Shown here: positions 23,001 to 29,094 of the stretch, piece after piece
Layout of the letters: every line of letters begins with the position of its first letter
Numbering within the stretch: the stretch's first letter is position 1
Assembly: GCA_963799895.1 (NCBI GenBank)
Contig: CAWCYR010000019.1
Location: forward strand, 31,608 to 95,607
Length of the DNA: 64,000 nt
Source of the DNA: an uncultured Thermoleophilia bacterium
GTDB lineage: Bacteria; Actinomycetota; Thermoleophilia; Gaiellales; Gaiellaceae
Reading direction: 5' to 3'
Translations under genes and position numbers: made by a program
The notes under the pieces: generated by a model
What the model was told of the DNA's origin: nothing
Databases searched by the model: none
The model's input: only the letters and a program-made list of their open reading frames with translations

Positions 23001-23198
23001 GGCACCGGACTGACGCGCCTGACGACGAGCACGGGGAACGACTCGGCAGCGTTCTGGTCGGTCGACGGGACGCAGATCCTCTTCCAGAGCGACCGCTCCG
23101 GCTCGGCCGGCACGGACGTGTACTCGATGACGCCGACGGGTGCGAACCAGACGCGTCGCACCACGAACGCGGCGTTCGACGGCACGCCGGCCTGGTAG
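16686..23198 (+). CDS. C-terminal, frame-intact part of the giant secreted protein
   Basis: The ORF is protein-like from ~17030 onward. In order: end of a beta-helix module ([40 protein letters not shown] ... [13 protein letters not shown]); ALGGI repeats; a PPC-like domain ([10 protein letters not shown]...YVLEVEQ); a peptidase-like domain ([30 protein letters not shown]); a PAPPPPPP linker; Ig-like domains ([27 protein letters not shown]); and six PD40 repeats. The first ~115 codons of the ORF are out-of-frame read-through. Confidence 0.75.
   Translation: [2170 protein letters not shown]
17580..18494 (+). repeat. In-frame 15-nt tandem units encoding ALGGI pentapeptides (about twenty units in three clusters)
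   Basis: GCGCTCGGCGG(C/G)ATC units at 17580-17660, ~17875-17915 and 18174-18494. The translation reads [40 protein letters not shown]... Confidence 0.9.
19340..19755 (+). other. Pre-peptidase C-terminal (PPC)-like beta-sandwich domain inside the giant protein
   Basis: [38 protein letters not shown] ... [38 protein letters not shown] resembles bacterial PPC domains. The assignment is by motif recognition only. Confidence 0.45.
19850..21070 (+). other. Clan-CD (gingipain C25-like) cysteine-peptidase-like domain inside the giant protein
   Basis: Ordered motifs: [28 protein letters not shown], a His candidate in [11 protein letters not shown] and a Cys candidate in [11 protein letters not shown], then [11 protein letters not shown]. 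This His-then-Cys order is typical of clan CD peptidases. Confidence 0.4.
22405..23195 (+). other. Six TolB-type PD40 / WD40-like beta-propeller repeats at the C-terminus of the giant protein
   Basis: Repeats of the form FTS(T/S)RTGNGD(V/I)Y(S/A)MN.DG(S/T)G..QLTNS....(E/S)(Y/W)SPDG..I. Confidence 0.8.
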
Positions 23199-23318
23199 CG
23201 ATTCACCCGTAGCAGGCGATAGAACGCCGCCGCCAGTCGGCGCAAAATCCCCTGAACGGCCTGGGGGAGGGCTTCGCTGTCTGCACGCACCTACCGGCAC
23301 CTGCTTCTCGGCGCCGCC

Positions 23319-25421
23319 ATGGTTCTCACGTTTGCCGCCGTCGTCGCGCCGGCTCACGCCGCCCTGACCGGGACGCTGGAGATCTGCAAGTCATCCGCAA
23401 ATGGGATGTCCGGCCGCGCCTTCGGCTACTCCGTGAACGGGGGCGCGCCCGTAACGGTGAAGGGCGGCCGCTGCTCGGGGCCGATCGCGGCGGCCGCCGG
23501 CTCGGTCGCGGTCACTGAGCTGCCGAGCAGTCCGGCGACCGACGTCGGCTCCGTCAGCGTCCGCCCGAGCGCACGTGCCCTCGGGGTGTCGGGACGAACC
23601 GCGACGGTCACGGTGGTCGCCGGCAGCACGACGTCGAACGAGACGCTCGTGACGTTCACCAACGTTCCGGCGGGCGGGACCATGGGCGACCTGAAGATCT
23701 GCAAGTTCTCGGCGACGCCCGGCTTCCTCGGACGCTCGTACACGTTCCATGTGAACGGCGGTCCCGGTATCAGCGCCGAGGCGAACGATCCGTCGTCGCC
23801 GCCCGAGGCGTGGTCGTGCCGCCTGGCCGGGTCGTTCCCCGTCGGCTCGCTCGTGACCATCAGCGAAGACGTGCCTGCGGGTCAGGAGGTTGCGTGGATC
23901 GACGCCGACCCGTCACAGCAGCTCGCGAACTTCGATACCCACGCAGGGTCGGCGCTGTACACGATCGGCCCGGGCATGACCGTGGCGCTCTTCGACAATG
24001 AGCCGTTACCGCCCGCCGACTTCGGCACCGGCTATCTCGAGGTCTGCAAGGACGCCGCCCGCCTCGCGGACGGCCGGCCCGATCCCACCGTGCTCGGCCA
24101 GCCCTTCGACTTCACGGTCGAGACGCCGTCGGACACGCAGACGGCGACCGTGCTCGGTGGCCAGTGCTCCGGCCCGCTGAACGTGCTCGCCGGGCCTGTG
24201 ACTGTGACGGAGCAGCCGTCCCCCGGGTATCAGTTGGACGAGGTATTCACGATCCCCGGAGGACGGCTGCTGGGCACGACCCAGGTCGAGGTGCCCGCGT
24301 CGACGAGCACCAACGACGAGACGCAGGTGCACTTCGTCAACGAGCACGTGCGCGGCCAGCTGAAGGTCTGCAAGACGCTGGCCGCCGGCAGCCCGCTCGG
24401 CGTACTCAATCCGTTCCGCTTCGACGTCCTCGACATCGGCAGCGGAACCGAGGCGCGCCGCGTCGAGGTGACCGGGGTGGCGGGGACGACGCAGTGCGTG
24501 ATCGCCGGCTCGTTCCCGACGGGAGACACGGTCGTCGTGACGGAGGATCTGCCGCCGAGCGCGTTTACCGCGGCAAGCGGCCCCGGGTGCGCGCCTGACG
24601 TGGCCGGCAACCTCGTCTGCAGCACGACGATCGCGCCCGGCATCAACACCGTCATGGTGACGAATACGGCGCAGGGCCAGCTCGAGATCTGCAAGAAGGT
24701 CAGTGACCGGCTCGAGGATCCGGAGTCCGGCCATCTCTTTGTCTTCCGGATCGACGGCGCGCAACTACGGATCCGGCCGGGCACGTGCTCGCCGCCGCAG
24801 CTCGTCTCCGTCGGCGCGCACACGGTGGTCGAGAGCTCGGAGGCGAATTACGAGCTTGACCCGAACTCGGCCGGGCGCGGCATCGCCGTCATCCCGTCCG
24901 GCGCCGAGGCGAGCCGGAACGCGTCGACGCGAACAGTCACGGTCAACGTGCCATGGGCCGGCGACCCGGCTCAGCCCGGCGGCGAGGTGGTCGTCTCGTA
25001 CACGAACCGCATAAAGCGTGCGCTGTTCAAGGTCTGCAAGCTCGTCGCCCCCGGCTCCACCGACGTTCTCGGGCCGCTCGGGTTCGACTTCCAGCTCACG
25101 ACGACGGATCCGGCGCACCCGGGCCCGTACTTCATCCGCGGGCTGATGATGAACGAGTGCTCCCTCTTCCGCGACGACTTCGGCAACGTGAGCATCCCCG
25201 TCATCAATGCCGCGGGCCAGAACAACTTTGCCGAGATCCTCGAGCTGATGGACGCGCAGAATCCCGGCCTCTTCACGGTCTCGAAAATCACGTTCCAGGG
25301 GGCGATCGCGTCCCAGTCGTTCTGCTTCCCAGGAACGCCGCCGACGTGCCTGCCGGTCGCCGACCTGTTCCCCGGACCGACGGTGAACGTCGTCACGTTC
25401 ACGAACCGGACGGGCTCCTAA
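23319..25421 (+). CDS. Secreted repeat protein with six ~100-120-aa Cys-containing beta-sandwich-like modules
   Basis: 700-aa intact ORF. Each module starts L-x-(I/V)-C-K (LEICK, LKICK, LEVCK, LKVCK, LEICK, FKVCK). Each has a second Cys ~30-45 residues later (for example RCSGP, QCSGP) and most end in a V-x-(F/V)-x-N beta-strand. The true start may lie upstream (see findings). Confidence 0.75.
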   Translation: MVLTFAAVVAPAHAALTGTLEICKSSANGMSGRAFGYSVNGGAPVTVKGGRCSGPIAAAAGSVAVTELPSSPATDVGSVSVRPSARALGVSGRTATVTVVAGSTTSNETLVTFTNVPAGGTMGDLKICKFSATPGFLGRSYTFHVNGGPGISAEANDPSSPPEAWSCRLAGSFPVGSLVTISEDVPAGQEVAWIDADPSQQLANFDTHAGSALYTIGPGMTVALFDNEPLPPADFGTGYLEVCKDAARLADGRPDPTVLGQPFDFTVETPSDTQTATVLGGQCSGPLNVLAGPVTVTEQPSPGYQLDEVFTIPGGRLLGTTQVEVPASTSTNDETQVHFVNEHVRGQLKVCKTLAAGSPLGVLNPFRFDVLDIGSGTEARRVEVTGVAGTTQCVIAGSFPTGDTVVVTEDLPPSAFTAASGPGCAPDVAGNLVCSTTIAPGINTVMVTNTAQGQLEICKKVSDRLEDPESGHLFVFRIDGAQLRIRPGTCSPPQLVSVGAHTVVESSEANYELDPNSAGRGIAVIPSGAEASRNASTRTVTVNVPWAGDPAQPGGEVVVSYTNRIKRALFKVCKLVAPGSTDVLGPLGFDFQLTTTDPAHPGPYFIRGLMMNECSLFRDDFGNVSIPVINAAGQNNFAEILELMDAQNPGLFTVSKITFQGAIASQSFCFPGTPPTCLPVADLFPGPTVNVVTFTNRTGS

Positions 25422-25427
25422 GCGCGC

Positions 25428-25443
25428 GGCGCGGGAACGCGCC
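25428..25443. terminator. GC hairpin with GGAA tetraloop between convergent genes
   Basis: GGCGCG-GGAA-CGCGCC lies in the 29-nt gap between the stop codons of 23319..25421 (+) and 25451..25972 (-). Confidence 0.35.
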
Positions 25444-25450
25444 CGGCCGG

Positions 25451-25972
25451 TCAGTGAACCTGGATGTTCCCGCCTGAGATGGTCCCGGTACCGCAGTTCG
25501 CGTACGGGGGCGTAGGCAGTGCGTCGGGGGTGACCATGACGCAGATGGAGTCGTTCGCCCCAGGCTCGCCGTTGTCGGCGACCGTCACCTCGAAGTGACC
25601 CGTGCCGGCGCCGTGCTGGTCGCGGTACGTCCCGCGGAACGTCGCCGTGTTCGTCCCCATGCTTTCGAAGACCTGGTCGAGCTCTGCGCAGGTCGTGCCC
25701 GTGAAGATCGAGCCTGCGTCCGGTTGGACGTTGCCGTGGATCGCCACACCAGCTGCGTCGTCGTTGAACTGCAACTGCCCGTTGTAGAACTGGGCGGAGG
25801 AGACGCCGCCGCTCGTGACCGTCCGGCACTTCGCGCTGAACCCGAAGTTCGCCGTGTGGCCCGGAACCAGCGAAGACATGGTTCCGCCGCCGTTGACCTG
25901 GTCGCAGCCGGTGAGGACGAGGACCGAGCCAGCTAGGGCAAGCCCTCCGAGAATGAGCCGGCGCCGTCGCAC
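25451..25972 (-). CDS. Hypothetical lipoprotein
   Basis: MRRRRLILGGLALAGSVLVLTGCDQ... combines a signal peptide with a lipobox (L-T-G-C). The 173-aa ORF is intact. Confidence 0.7.
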   Translation of the reverse strand: MRRRRLILGGLALAGSVLVLTGCDQVNGGGTMSSLVPGHTANFGFSAKCRTVTSGGVSSAQFYNGQLQFNDDAAGVAIHGNVQPDAGSIFTGTTCAELDQVFESMGTNTATFRGTYRDQHGAGTGHFEVTVADNGEPGANDSICVMVTPDALPTPPYANCGTGTISGGNIQVH

Positions 25973-26110
25973 GGTGGGGGCCTTCCCGCACAGGAGCGCG
26001 CTCTAAACGCGGTACAGCGATCCGAGCTACGGGCGCTGAATGCCTCAGCAGCCTGCGCGCGCGGCGAATCCGCTGCAAGCGCCGCTAAACTGCGTCGGCA
26101 ACACACATAC

Positions 26111-26478
26111 GGGGGCGACCTGGTCTCGACGTGGTCGTAACTCCGGCAGAGCTGCAAGCCGAGGTCTCCGGTCGGCCTCGTTAAACAACCGGAAACCAAC
26201 GCAAGTGCGAACGATGAGTCCGCACTCGCTCTCGCTGCCTAACCCGTAGCAGAGCGCATCGCTCCGAGCTCGGCCCGTGGCTCGGGACAGCGGTGTCAGA
26301 AAACGGGCTCGGCGCCAACGGAAAGTCACTCGCCCGCGGCGCGACACTGAAGGAGGACTAGCCCGGCAGCAGGTCGGCCGTTCACCGGCCGCCGGGCGAA
26401 ACCAAAGGGCGGCCTAAGCTTGTAGATGTTCTGTCAGGAGCGTCCGCGGACGCGGGTTCGATTCCCGCCGCCTCCACC
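26111..26478 (+). ncRNA. ssrA: Transfer-messenger RNA (tmRNA, SsrA)
   Basis: 5' GGGGGCGACCTGGTCTCGACG... The acceptor stem GGGGGCG pairs with CGCCTCC, including the G3:U wobble that is the alanine identity element. T-arm is GCGGG-TTCGATT-CCCGC with discriminator A. The tag ORF is (GCA AGT) GCG AAC GAT GAG TCC GCA CTC GCT CTC GCT GCC TAA, at 26201/26207-26242, encoding (AS)ANDESALALAA. The terminal CCA is only partly encoded (ACC then T). Confidence 0.93.
26451..26477 (+). repeat. ssrA 3'-end core (att-like copy 1, inside the tmRNA gene)
   Basis: CGCGGGTTCGATTCCCGCCGCCTCCAC. It is identical to 28461-28487 and similar to 27247-27273 and 29110-29137. Confidence 0.9.
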
Positions 26479-26545
26479 TCCTGACCCGCGATGCCATCCG
26501 ACCTCAAGTGAGGTCGGTGGCCGCTGGTTACTCTCCGGCCGGCGG

Positions 26546-27235
26546 ATGTCGACGCGCACTCGGGAGATCACCGCGGCTTCGAAGCGGGCGGCCAGTTCCG
26601 CCCTCTTTCGCTCCGCCAGCGCCGGCAAGAAGGCGGGCGCGTCGAGTGCGAGGGTGAGCGCCGAGCTTGTTCACGCAACGGGTCGGCTCGTGAACCGGGC
26701 GGTCGATCAGATGCTACTCGGAGATACCCGCGTCGTTTCGGCGGCGGAGGGGAGGAAACTGCTGGAAGGCACCGAGCAGAACGAGGCGCTCGCCGAAGAC
26801 ATCCAGCGGGTGATCGTGCTCTCGCTTCCCGTGATCCGCTCACTTGCCCGCGGAGCGAAGCTCGTCAAGCTGCCCTGGGTGATCCTCGCCACCAGCGCGG
26901 TCTCGGTCGGCGTCGCCGTTCGCAGCGGGGTGCGCGAGATCCAGGTGATCTCGTCATTGCTCGCACACCGCATCGAAGCGGAAACCGGAGCGCCGGCCGA
27001 TCCTGATCTGGTCAAGAAGCTGGCGGTCGACCTCTACCTGCACCCCAGGCGCAAGCCCGACCTTCGAGACGACAAGCTGCGCCTCGTTCGGCTTAGTCGC
27101 AAGTGGGCGTTCGGCGGGGCTTTCGGACGCAAGACCGAGAAGCGTGCTGCGAACGCGCTGGCAGCAGCCGAGCGGCTTGACGCCAAGGGCGTGGCCGCGC
27201 GCTGGACGGAGATTCGGCGGTTGCGCTCACGTTGA
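26546..27235 (+). CDS. Hypothetical protein (229 aa) in the first islet after ssrA
   Basis: ORF 26426..27235 overlaps the tmRNA. The first internal ATG is at 26546 (MSTRTREITAASKRAA...). One predicted hydrophobic segment (LPWVILATSAVSVGVAV). No family recognised. Confidence 0.5.
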   Translation: MSTRTREITAASKRAASSALFRSASAGKKAGASSARVSAELVHATGRLVNRAVDQMLLGDTRVVSAAEGRKLLEGTEQNEALAEDIQRVIVLSLPVIRSLARGAKLVKLPWVILATSAVSVGVAVRSGVREIQVISSLLAHRIEAETGAPADPDLVKKLAVDLYLHPRRKPDLRDDKLRLVRLSRKWAFGGAFGRKTEKRAANALAAAERLDAKGVAARWTEIRRLRSR

Positions 27236-27246
27236 GCGCAGCAGAC

Positions 27247-27273
27247 TCGGATTCGATCCCGGCCGCCTCCATG
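27247..27273 (+). repeat. Degenerate copy of the ssrA 3' end (att-like copy 2)
   Basis: CTCGGATTCGATCCCGGCCGCCTCCAT matches the 27-nt ssrA core at 22 of 27 positions. It starts 11 nt after the stop of 26546..27235. Confidence 0.7.
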
Positions 27274-27601
27274 TTCGGCTCGCGGAGTTCGAGATGCTCG
27301 CGTGCCGGACGAAGAGTCAAGAATCGCGTACGCCTATCTCGTTCCGTTGGATCCGTACTTCCCGGAGGACGGCTCACACGCCACGCTCGTGCGCGGAGCA
27401 TCGGTGCTGAAGCCGCCTTGAATCGCAGCGTCGAGGTCATGCAAGAGTCGATCGAGCTCCGTCTCGGCGCTCGCATCCGCGGTTCTCGATCGGCCCAGAG
27501 GTCGATTACGTCACGCAGGGGCGGCAACCAACCCGGACCTCGAGCAGCTCCGCGGGCTGCGCTGGAACTAGGCCCGACCGCGCACGCCAATCCTCGTAAG
27601 C

Positions 27602-28453
27602 TTGGCGTTCGTGAGGCTCGTGGTCACCGGAGCGAGCGGGAAGGCTGGTCGGGCAGTTGTCCGTGATCTGGTCGAGCATGAGCACGACGTACTGGGTGTC
27701 GACTTGGTCTCGCCGCCAGAATCGCCTGGGGCGTTTCTGCTCGCCGATCTGACCGACTTCGCCCAAGCGGTCGAGTGCCTGGCGGGTGTGGAGGCCGTCG
27801 TTCACCTGGCAGCGATTCCTGCCCCGGGAATCCACACCGAGGAGGCGACTTTTCGGACGAACATGCTGAGCACCTACAACGTCTGCGAGGCGGCGCGACT
27901 GCTCGGTCTGCGACGAGTTGTCTGGGCGTCGAGCGAGACGATCCTCGGGCTCCCGTTCGAGCGGGAACAACCGGCGTACGCGCCGATCGACGAAGAGCAC
28001 CCGGCGTATCCCGAGTCGAGCTACGCGCTTTCGAAGCTGCTCGCAGAAGAGCTTGGCCGTCAGTTGTACCGCTGGTCCGGCACGCCGTTCGTCGCGCTTC
28101 GCTTCTCGAACATCATGGAACCCGAGGATTACGAGCGGTTTCCTTCTTTCTGGAGCGACGCGACGCTGCGGCGATGGAATCTGTGGGGCTACGTCGACGC
28201 TCGCGACGTCGCCCAGAGCTGCAGGCTCGCGCTCACCGCCGATGTGGGCGCAGAGCACTTCATCGTCGCCGCAGCGGACACCGTCATGAATCGTCCGAGC
28301 CGGCAGCTGATGGCTGAGATTTACCCCTCGGTGCCCTGTCGGCTCACTACCGGCGACTTCGACACGCTTCTCTCGATCGAGAAGGCCCGGAAGCTACTGG
28401 GCTACGAGCCGGTGTGGTCTTGGCGCGATCACATCGCCGACCGAACCGATTGA
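27602..28453 (+). CDS. NAD-dependent epimerase/dehydratase (extended SDR) family protein
   Basis: Rossmann motif VVTGASGKAGRAVV and catalytic YALSK. The 283-aa ORF is intact. A/T-ending codons are noticeably more frequent than in the flanking core genes. Confidence 0.8.
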   Translation: MAFVRLVVTGASGKAGRAVVRDLVEHEHDVLGVDLVSPPESPGAFLLADLTDFAQAVECLAGVEAVVHLAAIPAPGIHTEEATFRTNMLSTYNVCEAARLLGLRRVVWASSETILGLPFEREQPAYAPIDEEHPAYPESSYALSKLLAEELGRQLYRWSGTPFVALRFSNIMEPEDYERFPSFWSDATLRRWNLWGYVDARDVAQSCRLALTADVGAEHFIVAAADTVMNRPSRQLMAEIYPSVPCRLTTGDFDTLLSIEKARKLLGYEPVWSWRDHIADRTD

Positions 28454-28487
28454 AACGTTGCGCGGGTTCGATTCCCGCCGCCTCCAC
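28446..28487 (+). repeat. Perfect copy of the ssrA 3' end plus a 15-nt conserved left flank (att-like copy 3)
   Basis: 28461-28487 is identical to 26451-26477. The preceding CCGATTGAAACGTTG includes the epimerase stop codon and recurs as CCGATTGAAATATTG before copy 4. Confidence 0.9.
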
Positions 28488-28511
28488 TACGGACGATGAC
28501 CGGGCGGATCT

Positions 28512-28949
28512 TCAGGTGCGCTCGGTCAGCGCCCTCTCGATCCGGTCGAGCCGCACAACGATCTCGGCCAGCGCCTCCGTCGACGCGTCGGCGTCCCCGC
28601 GGCCGGGCCGTTCCTCACGCGACCGCGTGACGAACCCACTGGTGATCGCCGCCGTGATGACGCTGAGAAATCCGATCCCACCAAGCATGACGAACGTCGC
28701 GACGATTCTGCCGGCGACGCTCGTCGGAACCGCGTCGCCGTAGCCGACCGTCGTCACCGTCTGGATTGCCCACCAGAGGCCGAGGCCGATCGACGGGAAA
28801 TTGTGGGGATCGGCCACCCTCATCAGGAGGCCTGCCGCCACGGTGATCACGATGGTCACCGTGGCGATGATGACCGCGGCCTGACCGGGCCTCGTGGCGC
28901 GGGCAAGCCTGCGCTCGAGCCAGTGCTCGACTCTGGTCTCCTCGGCCAT
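28512..28949 (-). CDS. Minimal two-TM potassium channel (KcsA-like pore, TVGYGD filter)
   Basis: MAEETRVEHWLERRL...GLWWAIQTVTTVGYGDAVPTSVAGRIVATFVMLGGIGFL... The start at ATG 28949 was chosen by alignment with the paralogue at 35174..35653. The longer ORF (to 29264) runs through att-like copy 4. Confidence 0.8.
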   Translation of the reverse strand: MAEETRVEHWLERRLARATRPGQAAVIIATVTIVITVAAGLLMRVADPHNFPSIGLGLWWAIQTVTTVGYGDAVPTSVAGRIVATFVMLGGIGFLSVITAAITSGFVTRSREERPGRGDADASTEALAEIVVRLDRIERALTERT

Positions 28950-29094
28950 CCAGGAGGACGTTCGCGCCGCTCGCGGCCGGTCCTGCTGTCGCGATCCGGG
29001 CAGCGCTATGAGACGGGGCCGGACTGGCATCCCGCCAGACGCAGGCGGTTGCGTAGTAGCTGTCGACGGCGGTTCCATGACCGGGCCGCCGCCA

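Noticed and set aside
26086-26091. TAAACT as the -10 element of an ssrA promoter
   Set aside because: Plausible spacing to the mature 5' end, but no acceptable -35 element 16-19 nt upstream. Too weak to list as a feature.
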